A stretch of DNA of 64,000 nt from an uncultured Negativicutes bacterium (GTDB lineage Bacteria > Bacillota > Negativicutes > JBAXTZ01): assembly GCA_963721525.1 (NCBI GenBank), contig CAVRJL010000016.1, positions 1 through 64,000 of the forward strand, read 5' to 3'. This document shows, piece after piece, positions 44,877 through 56,410 of this stretch. The position numbers and the translations under genes were made by a program. Below the pieces are notes generated by a model, which did no database searches, had not been told where the DNA came from, and saw only the letters and a list, made by a program, of their open reading frames with translations. Numbering within the stretch: the stretch's first letter is position 1; each line of letters opens with the position of its first letter.

Positions 44877-46469
44877 ATGAAAAAAAAAATAATAGCGGCA
44901 ATATTAAGTGTTACTTTTACGATGAGCTTCAATTTAGTAGGTTGTGCTTATGCTTTAACAACTATAAGCCCCTTCAGTGATGTACCGAAAAGTAATTGGG
45001 CGTATAGTGCAGTAGAGGAGTTAGTAAAAAAGGGAATCATAGAAGTGGGTCCTGATAAAATGTTTCGAGGGAACCAAAATGTTACAAGATATGAACTAGC
45101 AGCCATAATTGTTAGGGCGGTTAGTTCTTACAAAGGAGCAGATAATCACAGTATCTCTCTATTAGAAAAACTTGTTAGAGAGTTTGCAGTAGAACTAAGA
45201 GATATTGAAATTCAGTCAAACAATTCACAAGTGCAAGTGAAAATGAAAGTGAAAAATTTAGAAAAAAAAGTGAATACACTACCTAAAGTCAGCGGAACTT
45301 TTTCGGTATTAAATTATACTACAATGAGTCAATTGGTTGACCTTTACGGAAGAACTGTTATAAATCCTAAGTGTGATGAGACCTTTTTTTCAACTAATAA
45401 ATTTAGGACAAATTTACAATTTAATGGAAACATTGATACAAAATGGAACTATATTGGCGAATTACAACTCGAATTACCTATGAACTATAAGGACTATGAA
45501 AATAACTCTAATGTGAACGCGCAGATGCGTAGTATTTGTGCAAACGGTAACTTTTGTAATGGATGTAAAGTGAATATAGGACGTTTTGGAGCTTCATCTA
45601 CTTTATTAAGTAATGGAGTACAAGGTTTACTGTATGGTGATAATCGTATTAACGGAGCGCGTTTAGTATATGAAAATAAAGGATTTAAAGCTGATATTTT
45701 TGGCGGATTTTCTGATGTTGGTATGCCTAGATATTATAGTATAGGAGGAATGGAGCGAGGAGCATTGGGTACAGGTTTTATGTTAGGTTATAGTGTTAAC
45801 GATATTGTTAATATATATGCAGGAATCAAGGAACATATAGGACATAATGCGCCACGTAAAAACAATCCTTACAGCAAAGAAACGTGGTCTCCTATTCAGC
45901 ATATAACATTTGCAGAGGGAGGTTTTGATATCAAACCAATTGAAAATGTTAAAATAAGCTCTTTGTTTGGCTGGTCCCCTAATATGAAAGACGAATATAT
46001 TTATTTGTGGAATGGAAAACCACACGGCTTTTTTCAAGCTCCTTTCCTTGAAAATCGTGGTTTTTATGATAATATAGCATGTATTGCACGTATAGATGTG
46101 GGGGATTTTGATTTACAAAAAAGATGGTCCTTAAACGCATATGGTCAATTTCATTACGCTGGGAAATATGCCATAATAAACAAGTATATACCTCTTAGCG
46201 TAGACGTAGATGGTTACGATTATGGTCATGGCAATGATGGAATTTGTTTAGGAAAAGAGGGGCGAGAAGCAGGTATGAACTTCGTTTTATTCAAAAATGT
46301 AAATTGGCATACTTTTGTAACTCAGACAAGTATGGAACCGACGCTAAATAGAATGGTGAGAGTGCCTTATTTAGTTACAAGAAAGGGCAAACTATCTTGG
46401 GATAGATTACACTATTGGGAAAGAGACCCTATTGTAACTGTAGGCTCGGAACTTAGTTTTTCTTTCTAA
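44877..46469 (+). CDS. SLH-domain outer-membrane porin (OmpM/Mep45-like)
   Basis: Signal peptide, PFSDVP..WAY...F.G...TRYELA SLH, EKL..EF..EL coiled coil, beta-rich region, terminal Phe. Confidence 0.85.
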   Translation: MKKKIIAAILSVTFTMSFNLVGCAYALTTISPFSDVPKSNWAYSAVEELVKKGIIEVGPDKMFRGNQNVTRYELAAIIVRAVSSYKGADNHSISLLEKLVREFAVELRDIEIQSNNSQVQVKMKVKNLEKKVNTLPKVSGTFSVLNYTTMSQLVDLYGRTVINPKCDETFFSTNKFRTNLQFNGNIDTKWNYIGELQLELPMNYKDYENNSNVNAQMRSICANGNFCNGCKVNIGRFGASSTLLSNGVQGLLYGDNRINGARLVYENKGFKADIFGGFSDVGMPRYYSIGGMERGALGTGFMLGYSVNDIVNIYAGIKEHIGHNAPRKNNPYSKETWSPIQHITFAEGGFDIKPIENVKISSLFGWSPNMKDEYIYLWNGKPHGFFQAPFLENRGFYDNIACIARIDVGDFDLQKRWSLNAYGQFHYAGKYAIINKYIPLSVDVDGYDYGHGNDGICLGKEGREAGMNFVLFKNVNWHTFVTQTSMEPTLNRMVRVPYLVTRKGKLSWDRLHYWERDPIVTVGSELSFSF

Positions 46470-46495
46470 CATTCGCTAATTGTTAACAAAAAAGT

Positions 46496-46543
46496 AAGCG
46501 TACGTTCATTTATTGTACCTGATGAATGAGTGTGCGCTTTTTA
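46496..46543 (+). terminator. Intrinsic terminator after the OmpM-like gene
   Basis: aagcgtacgttcattt...gaatgagtgtgcgctt hairpin with G-U pairs and T-tract. Confidence 0.65.
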
Positions 46544-46718
46544 CCGTATTATTATGATATACTTATGCTTATAAATGTTAGGAAAACAATAAAGGTTAGA
46601 AATTATTTTATTAACTTTTTGTTAATCCAATTATTCGAGTTGAATTAACTTATTAATATATTGATTACCACCTTAATATTTTATTACACTGATTAAGTAA
46701 ATTTTTTGAGAGGTAAAA

Positions 46719-46949
46719 ATGGTTACTTTTTTAGAAATAATAGTTTTTTTGTTGTCTATAACGTTAATTTTATCTATTATACTCCAGTCCGGGAAATCTG
46801 CCGGTCTTTCTGGTTCTGTGAGTGGAGGGGCAGCGATTTTATTTGGAGGTAAAAGGCGCGGGTTGGATGAGATTTTAGTGAAATTTACGATAATTTGCAG
46901 TATTTTGTTTACTATTGCTATTGTTGTTTTAGAAAAAAAACTAAGTTGA
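46719..46949 (+). CDS. secG: Preprotein translocase subunit SecG
   Basis: LLQSGKSAGLSG...GG...LFG...RGLD. Confidence 0.95.
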   Translation: MVTFLEIIVFLLSITLILSIILQSGKSAGLSGSVSGGAAILFGGKRRGLDEILVKFTIICSILFTIAIVVLEKKLS

Positions 46950-47018
46950 GGTATAAATTAGAAACAATTTTTATAAACCTATTTGGGTAATTCTTATTAT
47001 GGGGAGGTTTAAGTAATA

Positions 47019-49034
47019 ATGTCTCAGTCAATGACTTTATATATTGCTCCTTTCGCAGGAGTAATTTCTTTATTGTTTGCACTAATTATGATGATATCTA
47101 TTTTAAAAGAATCAAAAGGCAATATTCGTATGCAAGAAATTTCGCAGGCTATCTATGAGGGAGCTATGGCTTTTTTAAATAGACAATATCGTACTTTAAT
47201 ACCATTTACTTTAGTAATCGCAATAGTTTTATATATTAAAATAAGCACTCCTATGGCAATATCTTTTCTAGTTGGTGCGATATGTTCTGCATTATCAGGA
47301 TATATAGGAATGAATGCTACAACTAAAGCTAATAGTAGGACATGCGAAGCTGCCAGGAATAGCTTAAATAAAGCACTAAGTATTTCTTTTCGTGCGGGTA
47401 CAGTAATGGGTATGTCAGTAGCGGGTTTAGGATTGCTTGGTGTTTCAGTTCTATATTTAATTTATAGAAATCCTTCGATAATAAATAGTTTTGCTTTTGG
47501 AGCTTCGGCAATAGCATTTTTCGCACGTGTAGGTGGGGGTATTTATACTAAAGCAGCTGATATAGGAGCTGATTTAGTAGGAAAAGTAGAAATAGGAATC
47601 CCTGAAGATGACCCCAGGAATCCTGCTGTTATTGCCGATAATGTAGGTGATAATGTTGGTGATACTGCTGGCATGGGGGCAGATTTATTTGAATCTTATG
47701 GAGCTACTACCATTGCAGCAATGTTATTAGGTAATAATCTTTTTGGTATAAACGGAGTGTTATTTCCTTTATTACTTGGTTCAGCAGGAATTTTTGCTTC
47801 AATGATCAGTATGATTTTAGTTCGTACGAATGAAAATGGGAATCCTCAAAATGCTCTTAATAAAGGTATAGTGTCGACAAATATTATATTGATGATAGTT
47901 GCTTATTTTTTAAGTAACAAGTTGTTTATAGGTTTTAATTCTAGGGGAATATTTATAGCTGCTGTCAGTGGACTGGTTGTCAATATTGCTATTGGAAAAT
48001 TGACGGAATATTATACTTCACATGAATTTGCGCCAACACGTAAAATAGCTTATTCTTCTTCGACGGGCGAAGCTACAACTATAATCGCTGGTATAGCAAA
48101 TGGGCTTAAAAGTACAGGCTGGATAATGTCTGTACTTGTTATTGCTATTGGAGTATCTTATTATAGCGGAGGCGGTATATATGGAATCTCTGTAGCTGCT
48201 ATGGCAATGTTATCAACATCAGGAATGGTGGTTGCAGTTGATTCTTTTGGGCCAGTAGTAGATAATGCCGGCGGTATAGCTGAAATGGCAAAACTTGGAT
48301 CAGAAGTTCGAAAACGAACTGATAGGCTTGATGCTGTAGGAAATACTACTGCTGCTATGGCGAAAGGATTTGCCATAGGGTCTGCAGCTTTAACTGCATT
48401 AGCGTTATTCAGCGCTTATTCTGAAGAGATAATAAAAAACCATAAATTATCTTTTTTATTAACTAATGGACATATGTATATTAGTATTACAGATACATTT
48501 GTATTAATTGGGATGTTTATTGGATCTACCGTGCCATTTTTAGTTTGTGCGCAAACAATGGAAGCAGTTAGCAGAGCAGCTGTCCATATGATTAATGAAG
48601 TACGTAGGCAATTTAAGGAAATTCCTGGCATTATGAAAGGGGAAGGAAAACCGAATTATGCTCGTTGTGTAGATATAAGTACTAAATCTGCACTTACTGA
48701 GATGACTATACCTGGATTACTTGCAGTTTTTATTCCTTTATTAGTAGGATTTATATTAGGTGCAAAAGCATTAGCTGGGTTTTTAGCTGGGATTACTTCT
48801 ACAGGAATCTTGTTGGCAATATTTATGGCTAATTCTGGTGGATCATGGGATAATGCAAAGAAATTTATTGAAAAAGGTAACCTTGGAGGAAAAGGAACTA
48901 AAGCACATGCTGCTGCAGTAGTTGGCGATACTGTCGGTGATCCTTTTAAAGATACAGCAGGACCAGCAATGAACCCTCTTATTAAAGTTGCTGGAACAAT
49001 AGCTTTACTTATAGCACCGTTGTTATTTCATTAA
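47019..49034 (+). CDS. hppA: K+-dependent membrane-bound ion-pumping pyrophosphatase
   Basis: [33 protein letters not shown] (K+-dependent signature), [10 protein letters not shown]. Confidence 0.97.
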   Translation: MSQSMTLYIAPFAGVISLLFALIMMISILKESKGNIRMQEISQAIYEGAMAFLNRQYRTLIPFTLVIAIVLYIKISTPMAISFLVGAICSALSGYIGMNATTKANSRTCEAARNSLNKALSISFRAGTVMGMSVAGLGLLGVSVLYLIYRNPSIINSFAFGASAIAFFARVGGGIYTKAADIGADLVGKVEIGIPEDDPRNPAVIADNVGDNVGDTAGMGADLFESYGATTIAAMLLGNNLFGINGVLFPLLLGSAGIFASMISMILVRTNENGNPQNALNKGIVSTNIILMIVAYFLSNKLFIGFNSRGIFIAAVSGLVVNIAIGKLTEYYTSHEFAPTRKIAYSSSTGEATTIIAGIANGLKSTGWIMSVLVIAIGVSYYSGGGIYGISVAAMAMLSTSGMVVAVDSFGPVVDNAGGIAEMAKLGSEVRKRTDRLDAVGNTTAAMAKGFAIGSAALTALALFSAYSEEIIKNHKLSFLLTNGHMYISITDTFVLIGMFIGSTVPFLVCAQTMEAVSRAAVHMINEVRRQFKEIPGIMKGEGKPNYARCVDISTKSALTEMTIPGLLAVFIPLLVGFILGAKALAGFLAGITSTGILLAIFMANSGGSWDNAKKFIEKGNLGGKGTKAHAAAVVGDTVGDPFKDTAGPAMNPLIKVAGTIALLIAPLLFH

Positions 49035-49229
49035 GTAGTCGATTGTTTAATATATTTTAACTACTATTTATATCTTTTTTTAAGAGTAGTTTTTGTTATT
49101 TTTTTAATTTTATTAATATAATTAATGATATAAAAACTATCGGGGAATATTGCAACTAATAATAAATTGCTTTTTTAATGAAATAGAAATTTTTTATTAT
49201 ATAATATAATAATATTTTTGGAGAAAATA

Positions 49230-50360
49230 ATGGATAAGACAATAATACAAATGATAAAAACTTTTTTATTATTTGTTATTATAGTTTCTTTAGCGCATAC
49301 TTCATTTGCAAAAGAAATAAACTTTAAAAAAGTAAATTCAATAAAATTAGAAACTACTAAAATTAAACCTGTACAAATTGTTAAAATTCGTTGGTCTGTT
49401 ATATCGAGAGTTAGTAGCATGAAGAAAATTCGCATAGTATGTGATTTATCAGGAACATATAGTTCCTGTGTAAATATAATTGGTAAAATAAATGAATTAA
49501 ATAATGTTTTAGAGGTACATTTAAATAATAGTGTTTTATCTCCAAAAATTTATTCTAAAATTATACTTAATTCGCAAATAGTTACTAGTTTTAGGTTTAT
49601 TGAAAATAAAAAAGATTTAATAATGAGAATACTTTTAACAAAAAAAATACAAAAAAATGATTATACTTTTTTTATTTTAAAAGAGGATCAACTACTAAAA
49701 AAACCTTGTCGTTTAGTAGTTGATATTACTAAACTAATTCCTCAAACTAAACTTATGTTCAACTCACGTCTCGAAGGGAAATCTATTTGTATTGATCCTG
49801 GCCATGGAGGTAGTGATTGCGGAGCTATAGGTATAGACAAAACTTTTGAAAAAGATATCACCCTTCCAATTTGTTTAGAACTAAAAAATATTTTAGAACA
49901 GCAAGGCATAAATGTTATTATGACTCGTGAAATAGATAAGGATGTTTTTTCTCTTAACTCTGTGGGCATCGATGAGCTACAGTCAAGGGTTAATATTGCG
50001 AATAATAACAAAACAGATTTATTTATCTGTGTTCATGCCAATTCTTATATAGATACTAATGTACATGGAGTTTCGACCTTTTATTATCCAAAAACAAATT
50101 TAGATAGTATTTTAGCAGGATATGTTCAAAAAGAATTTATAAATATTCCCCAATTAAGCGATCGAGGTATTAATAGAGCAAACTTTTATGTATTGAGATA
50201 TAGCAAGATGCCAGCTATTTTATTAGAAACAGGATTTATAAGTAATAAAAATGATTGCAAACAATTAATAACTAAAAATTTCCAAAAAATAATAGCACTA
50301 AGTATTATGAAAGGCGTAGTAAAGTTTTTTTATGATATATCGGATACAATTAAAAGTTAA
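49230..50360 (+). CDS. N-acetylmuramoyl-L-alanine amidase
   Basis: Signal peptide, AMIN-like region, IDPGHGG, EK, HANS, PAILLETGF. Confidence 0.93.
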   Translation: MDKTIIQMIKTFLLFVIIVSLAHTSFAKEINFKKVNSIKLETTKIKPVQIVKIRWSVISRVSSMKKIRIVCDLSGTYSSCVNIIGKINELNNVLEVHLNNSVLSPKIYSKIILNSQIVTSFRFIENKKDLIMRILLTKKIQKNDYTFFILKEDQLLKKPCRLVVDITKLIPQTKLMFNSRLEGKSICIDPGHGGSDCGAIGIDKTFEKDITLPICLELKNILEQQGINVIMTREIDKDVFSLNSVGIDELQSRVNIANNNKTDLFICVHANSYIDTNVHGVSTFYYPKTNLDSILAGYVQKEFINIPQLSDRGINRANFYVLRYSKMPAILLETGFISNKNDCKQLITKNFQKIIALSIMKGVVKFFYDISDTIKS

Positions 50361-50399
50361 TAGCAATATATGTGTCTTGATGTGTAAGGTTAGTTTGAG

Positions 50400-50825
50400 A
50401 TGAGTAAAAAAATATATAAAATAACTTGCATAAAAGAAATGTTCAAATTGGGAGAAAAAATAGGAAAAAGGCTTATCAACAAAAATATAGTTTTGTTAAA
50501 TGGGGAAATAGGCGCTGGAAAAACTACTTTAACAAAAGGAATAGCTTTAGGGCTAGATATTAAGAAAAATATAACGAGTCCGACTTTCAATTTATTGAAC
50601 GTTTATTCTGGAAAATATATTTTATATCATTTTGATTTATATAGAATAGAATCTCATTTTGAATTAGAAGACATTGGATTTTATCAATTTATTAAAAACA
50701 AAGGTATTGCAGTTATAGAATGGGGAAAAAACTTTATTTGCCATATACCTGGAAAAACTATAATGATAGAAATAAATGTTAAAAACGGGTTGCGTTTAGT
50801 TAAAATAGAAGGAATCAAGATTTGA
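50400..50825 (+). CDS. tsaE: t6A biosynthesis ATPase
   Basis: GEIGAGKT, SPTF, HFDLYR, IEW. Confidence 0.96.
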   Translation: MSKKIYKITCIKEMFKLGEKIGKRLINKNIVLLNGEIGAGKTTLTKGIALGLDIKKNITSPTFNLLNVYSGKYILYHFDLYRIESHFELEDIGFYQFIKNKGIAVIEWGKNFICHIPGKTIMIEINVKNGLRLVKIEGIKI

Positions 50826-50826
50826 A

Positions 50827-51501
50827 ATGACAATATTGGGCATTGAAACTGCTACTTTAGCTTGTAGTGTATGTTTATTAAATAATAATAGGATTATTAG
50901 AGAAATTACTGATCAAAATAATTTAAATCATTCGGTAAAGCTAGTTCCGAATATTGTACAATTATTCGATAAAATCGATTATAAAAAAAATAAATTAAAT
51001 GCAGTAGCGATTAGCAAAGGACCTGGTTCATTTACAGGGTTAAGGATTGGAATGGCTGTAGCAAAAAGTTTAGCTTATGCATTGAACATACCTATTTTGG
51101 CTGTACCTACTATGCGGGGGATGGCCATGCAATGTAGACATCGTGGAAAATATATTATCCCAATTATTAACGCTCAACAAAATACTATATATGCACAAAT
51201 TTATGGAGCAGCAGGAGAATGTAGTGATACATATATGTTACCAATAAAAGATATACCAAAACTTATAAAGAATTCAGACAAATATGTTTTTTGTGGAGAA
51301 ATTTCATCTGAAGAAATCGACATCATAAAGACAATTCCAAATGCAAGTATTGTAGAAAAAAAATTATTGCTTCCGCGAGCAAAATATGTAGCATTTATAG
51401 GTAAAAGATATTTAGAATGTGGAATGGAAGAGGAACAGTTTTTTTTAGAACCAATGTATATAAGAAAACCAGCAGCAGAAGAAAAACTTAATGTAAAATG
51501 A
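50827..51501 (+). CDS. tsaB: t6A biosynthesis protein TsaB
   Basis: ILGIETAT, GPGSFTGLRIG, P.YIRK.AAE. Confidence 0.96.
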   Translation: MTILGIETATLACSVCLLNNNRIIREITDQNNLNHSVKLVPNIVQLFDKIDYKKNKLNAVAISKGPGSFTGLRIGMAVAKSLAYALNIPILAVPTMRGMAMQCRHRGKYIIPIINAQQNTIYAQIYGAAGECSDTYMLPIKDIPKLIKNSDKYVFCGEISSEEIDIIKTIPNASIVEKKLLLPRAKYVAFIGKRYLECGMEEEQFFLEPMYIRKPAAEEKLNVK

Positions 51502-51556
51502 TATAATTGAAACGAAAAATAAGATTAAGTTTAGGAGCTAATTATTACTAGAAATA

Positions 51557-52012
51557 ATGTTTAAAATACGCAGAATGTTTTTCTATGAAGCCGAAGAAGT
51601 ATATAGAATAGAAAAGCAATGTTTTAATGTTTCTATAGGGTCTTTAGATGTGATTATTAATAAAGCGTGTGGTGAAAGCACTATATATCTTGTTGCAGTT
51701 GCGAAAAATAAAATAGTAGGTTATTGTGAATTTTGGGTTATCGTTGATGAAATTCATATGAATAATATTGCTGTTTTACCTGAATTTAGAAGAAAAGGAA
51801 TTGCTAATGCTTTATTAAAAGAAACTATAAACTATGGAATGAGTCACAGTGCAATATCGATGACTTTAGAAGTTAATGTTAATAACATACGAGCTCTTAA
51901 TTTATATTATTCTTTAGGTTTTATTAGTGAAGGGCGAAGAATTGATTATTATGCTAAAGACCAAGATGCCCTTATTTTATGGAACCGTAAATTATCAGAA
52001 AGCAGTTTTTAA
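51557..52012 (+). CDS. rimI: Ribosomal-protein-alanine N-acetyltransferase
   Basis: NIAVLPEFRRKGIA, TLEV, N..A..LY..LGF. Confidence 0.92.
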   Translation: MFKIRRMFFYEAEEVYRIEKQCFNVSIGSLDVIINKACGESTIYLVAVAKNKIVGYCEFWVIVDEIHMNNIAVLPEFRRKGIANALLKETINYGMSHSAISMTLEVNVNNIRALNLYYSLGFISEGRRIDYYAKDQDALILWNRKLSESSF

Positions 52013-52013
52013 A

Positions 52014-53045
52014 ATGAATAAGAAAAAAAATATATTGATTTTGGCTATAGAAACAAGTTGTGATGAAACATGTGCTTCGGTCGTTGCAAATGGACGCAAA
52101 ATATTATCAAATGTGATCTCATCACAAATTAATACGCATGCATTATATGGAGGAGTAGTACCTGAAATTGCTTCACGTAAGCATATCCAAATCATAACTT
52201 TTATAATAGATGAAGCTATAAATCAAGCCAAAGTAACATTAGATGATCTAGATGCCATTGCTGTAACTTATGGGCCAGGACTTATTAGCTCATTATTAGT
52301 TGGAGTTTCTGTTGCCAAAGGTTTGAGTTTTGCAAAAAATAAACCGCTTATAGCAGTAAACCATATAGAAAGTCATATTTTTGCTGCTTTTTTAGAGTAC
52401 GAAGATTTAACCCCTCCGTTTTTGTCTCTTATAGTATCAGGTGGACATACTTCATTGATTAAAGTATATAATTACAATAAATTTGAAGTAGTAGGCCAAA
52501 CAAGAGATGATGCTGCAGGGGAGATATTTGATAAGGTTGCACGCGTAATGAGCTTAGCCTACCCTGGCGGCCCTGAAATTGAAAAAAAAGCGAAAAACTG
52601 TTACAATATAACAATTAGCTTTCCTAAACCAAAATTTAAAAAGAATTGTAGGGAATATTCTAATAATTATGATTTCAGTTTTAGCGGAATAAAATCAGCA
52701 GTTATTAGTTTTTTTAGGAATAGAAATGAAAAAGAATTAAATATTAACGACGAAGAAATAGCGGCTGCTTTTCAACAAACTGTTTGTGAATATTTAGCTG
52801 AAAATACTATGAAAGCAGCTATTGAGTTTAGTAGTACTAAATTAGTCTTAGCGGGAGGAGTAGCTTCTAATGAAAAATTACGTAGTACAATAAAGAGCTT
52901 ATGTAATAAAATGAATATAAAGTTATATATACCCACTCCTATTTTATGTACTGATAATGCTGCTATGGTTGCAGCACGTGCATATCGAAAATTTCTTTCA
53001 GAAGAATATGCAAATTTAGATTTAGATGCGAAATCAATTTTATAG
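52014..53045 (+). CDS. tsaD: t6A threonylcarbamoyltransferase
   Basis: IETSCDET, GGVVPEIASR.H, VSGGHT, DDAAGE, TDNAAM. Confidence 0.98.
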   Translation: MNKKKNILILAIETSCDETCASVVANGRKILSNVISSQINTHALYGGVVPEIASRKHIQIITFIIDEAINQAKVTLDDLDAIAVTYGPGLISSLLVGVSVAKGLSFAKNKPLIAVNHIESHIFAAFLEYEDLTPPFLSLIVSGGHTSLIKVYNYNKFEVVGQTRDDAAGEIFDKVARVMSLAYPGGPEIEKKAKNCYNITISFPKPKFKKNCREYSNNYDFSFSGIKSAVISFFRNRNEKELNINDEEIAAAFQQTVCEYLAENTMKAAIEFSSTKLVLAGGVASNEKLRSTIKSLCNKMNIKLYIPTPILCTDNAAMVAARAYRKFLSEEYANLDLDAKSIL

Positions 53046-53091
53046 ATTTTTATGATTGCAAAAATTATAATTATGTTTTTAGGAGTAATCT

Positions 53092-54630
53092 GTGTATAAC
53101 AAAGAAAAAATTTTTATTATGGATTTTGGTGGTCAATATGCGCAATTGATAGCCCGGAGAATACGCGAATGCGGCGCATATTCAGAAACAGTTTCATATA
53201 AAATAGATGTAAATAAAATAAAGGAGGAAAACCCAAAAGGAATTATTTTTTCTGGTGGTCCATTGAGCGTATATGCAGAAAATGCACCTAAATGTGATAA
53301 GAAATTGTTTAAAATAGGAATTCCTATTTTAGGTATTTGTTACGGTATGCAACTTATAGCGCATATGCTTGGAGGTCAAGTAGAACGCCCTAATTGTCGA
53401 GAATACGGAAATGCCTTAATTAATATTGATAAGAATGATAATTTATTTAAGGGAACGAATAAAAGCCAAACTGTATGGATGAGTCATGGAGACCATATAT
53501 CTATTGCACCAAAGGATTTTGTTATTAGTGCACAAACAGGCTCGACACCTATTGCTGCTTTTTCAAACTATAAAAAGAAAATATATGGTGTTCAATTTCA
53601 TCCTGAAGTTACGCATACTTCTTATGGTATGCATATTATTAAAAATTTTTTATTTGATATTTGTAAATGTGCTAATACTTGGAATTTAGGTAATTTTATT
53701 GATATTTATGTAAAAAAAATAAAAGCAAAAATAGGATCTAAACAACAAGCTATATGTGCTTTTTCAGGTGGAGTTGACTCTGCTGTTGCAGCAACATTAG
53801 TGCATAAAGCTATAGGAAGACAGCTGACATGTATATATGTTAATCATGGGTTTATGCGTAAAAATGAATCTGAAGAAGTAATAAAAATTTTTCGCGACGA
53901 ACTTAAAATAAATTTGATATATATCGATGCTACAAAAAGATTTATAGAAAAACTAAAAAATATAGTTGACCCTGAGAATAAACGTAAGCTAATAGGAAAA
54001 GAGTTTATAAAAATATTTGAAGAAGAAGCTAAAAAATTAGGACATATTAAATTTTTAGTGCAGGGAACTTTATATACTGATATTATAGAAAGCGGAACAG
54101 GTATGGCAGCAGTAATTAAAAGCCATCATAATGTAGGTGGTTTGCCTAAAAATATAGATTTTAAACTCATAGAACCTCTTAAAGAATTGTTTAAGGACGA
54201 AGTACGCCTATTGGGAATAAAATTAGGACTATCTAAAGAAATAATAGATAGACAACCTTTTCCAGGACCAGGTTTAGCTATACGTATAATTGGAGATGTT
54301 ACAGTCGAACGCTTAGAAATTTTACGTGAAGCGGATGCTATTGTTCGCGAAGAATTGGAAAGAGCACATGAATATGTTAATGTTTGGCAGGCTTTTGCTG
54401 TTTTACTTGTATCTCAAAGCGTTGGCGTAATGGGAGATAAGCGTATTTATGGATACACAATTTGTATACGTTCTGTATCAAGCGAAGATGGTATGACTGC
54501 TGATTGGTCACGTATTCCCTATGAAGTATTAGAAATTATGTCAAAAAGAATTGTAAATGAGGTGCATAGTGTTAATAGAGTTGTATATGATATTACATCT
54601 AAGCCACCTGCAACAATTGAGTGGGAATAA
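53092..54630 (+). CDS. guaA: GMP synthase
   Basis: [36 protein letters not shown]. Confidence 0.99.
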   Translation: MYNKEKIFIMDFGGQYAQLIARRIRECGAYSETVSYKIDVNKIKEENPKGIIFSGGPLSVYAENAPKCDKKLFKIGIPILGICYGMQLIAHMLGGQVERPNCREYGNALINIDKNDNLFKGTNKSQTVWMSHGDHISIAPKDFVISAQTGSTPIAAFSNYKKKIYGVQFHPEVTHTSYGMHIIKNFLFDICKCANTWNLGNFIDIYVKKIKAKIGSKQQAICAFSGGVDSAVAATLVHKAIGRQLTCIYVNHGFMRKNESEEVIKIFRDELKINLIYIDATKRFIEKLKNIVDPENKRKLIGKEFIKIFEEEAKKLGHIKFLVQGTLYTDIIESGTGMAAVIKSHHNVGGLPKNIDFKLIEPLKELFKDEVRLLGIKLGLSKEIIDRQPFPGPGLAIRIIGDVTVERLEILREADAIVREELERAHEYVNVWQAFAVLLVSQSVGVMGDKRIYGYTICIRSVSSEDGMTADWSRIPYEVLEIMSKRIVNEVHSVNRVVYDITSKPPATIEWE

Positions 54631-54640
54631 ATAAGGGGAT

Positions 54641-55200
54641 ATGAAAATCAGTATATAGTAAATGGACTAAATGTTTTAAAAGTAAAAAATACAGCTAAAA
54701 TAGCACGGAGGATTATGATTTCTATTAAAAATGGTGGAAATAATTTAGGTATAAGTGTGAGATTAAAATTAGATTTACAAGAAGTTAAAGAAAATAATAT
54801 TCTAAAAGAGAATATCAATTCAGATATCCAGAGAAAACTAGGAGGACTGGAAGAAGAAAATATAAGTGCTATTATGTATGAAAAGTACGGTCTGACTGGG
54901 GTAGCAGTATTAATAGAAGCTATAACTGATAATAGAAATATTACTGTTGCGGATATGCGCCATCTTTTTACAAAGTTTGGTGAAAAATTAGGCGAGATAG
55001 TTTGCGTAAATTGGATGTTTAAAAATAAAGGTCAATTTACTATTAAAAAAATAAAAAAATTGATGAAGATAAAATAACTTGTCTTGTATATCTCTAGAAG
55101 TAGGAAAGGCATTTAAAAAAACAAGCTAGAATCAATTTAAACGAACATAATGATTTAAATTTGAAAGAAATAGTCTTTTTTAGTAAAACGATTAAGTAAT
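54641..55200 (+). pseudogene. yebC: YebC/PmpR-family protein, decayed
   Basis: SKW fragment, KIAREIM, YE.YG..GVAV.IE..TDNRN.T; truncated, frameshifted; canonical position before ruvC. Confidence 0.85.
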
Positions 55201-55233
55201 AAATTTAATCTAAAAATTTAATTGGTAGGTGTT

Positions 55234-55731
55234 ATGTTGATTTTAGGAATTGATCCTGGTATGGCTATTTGTGGATATGGGTTAGTTTGTCAAAAAGCTA
55301 ATAAATTATTGGCTGTTACTTATGGGGCGATCTCTACAAAATCTACATATTCAATGAGTAAACGTTTAAATATAATTTATCATGAATTAGGACAGATAAT
55401 TCATGAATATCGTCCGGATGCAGTTGCAGTTGAACAATTATTTTTCTCTAAAAACGTAAAAACAGCATTAAATGTTGGACAAGCTAGAGGGGTGATAATG
55501 TTAGCTGTTGAAAGAATAGGGGAAATATCTATACTTGAATATACTCCATTACAAGTTAAGCAAGCAGTTGTAGGTTATGGTAACGCTGATAAGAAACAGG
55601 TAGCATTTATGATTATGAGAATTCTAAATATAAAAAAATGTCCAAAACCGGATGATGTTACGGATGCTTTAGCTTTAGCTATTTGTGGTATAAATAGTTC
55701 TATTAATTGTTTGCGATGGAATAAAAAATGA
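55234..55731 (+). CDS. ruvC: Holliday junction resolvase
   Basis: ILGIDPG, VEQLFF, QARG, EYTP, DD..DALA. Confidence 0.98.
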   Translation: MLILGIDPGMAICGYGLVCQKANKLLAVTYGAISTKSTYSMSKRLNIIYHELGQIIHEYRPDAVAVEQLFFSKNVKTALNVGQARGVIMLAVERIGEISILEYTPLQVKQAVVGYGNADKKQVAFMIMRILNIKKCPKPDDVTDALALAICGINSSINCLRWNKK

Positions 55732-56330
55732 TCGGATTTATACGCGGTATTGTGGATACAGTTTTTGACGAATATTGTTTTATGGACTGCAATGGAATAG
55801 GTTATAAAGTCTTTATACCAGCTTCCACAAAACTAAAAATAAAACAGGGTGATAATATTCGTTTATATACTTATTTTCACGTACGTAAAGATGCTATGAT
55901 TCTTTATGGTTTTTTAACAAAAGAGGAGTATGATTTATATTTATTATTAATTAGTATAAATGGGATAGGTGGGAAAGCTGCTGTAGCTATTTTATCTGCT
56001 TGCAGCGTAAATAATGTTCGATTAGCTATAATTAATAAAGATATTCTATTTTTCACAAAAATTGTAGGTATAGGTAAAAAAACAGCGGAAAGGATTATTT
56101 TAGAGTTAAAGGATAAAATAATAAATTTTGTTGATATTACAGATTTGTCAAAACAAAAATCTTCTGAAGTTAATAACCTGCACAGTGATCAAAATGAAAT
56201 TATTCAAGCTCTTAAAGAATTAGGATATACTAAATTGGAAATTATGCAGGCAATGAAAAGGATATCCCAAAAGATAACAGGTAAAGAATTGATGAAAGCT
56301 GTGTTAAAAGAATGTGGAAAAAACCAATAA
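55728..56330 (+). CDS. ruvA: Holliday junction branch migration protein
   Basis: GIGY, LYGF, GIGKKTAERIILEL, AL..LGY. Confidence 0.97.
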   Translation: MIGFIRGIVDTVFDEYCFMDCNGIGYKVFIPASTKLKIKQGDNIRLYTYFHVRKDAMILYGFLTKEEYDLYLLLISINGIGGKAAVAILSACSVNNVRLAIINKDILFFTKIVGIGKKTAERIILELKDKIINFVDITDLSKQKSSEVNNLHSDQNEIIQALKELGYTKLEIMQAMKRISQKITGKELMKAVLKECGKNQ

Positions 56331-56410
56331 TAAAAAATAGATAATTTGTTAAAATAAATACAACATATGTATCAAATAAAAATATAAAGCCTATAGAATA
56401 TGGAGACTAT

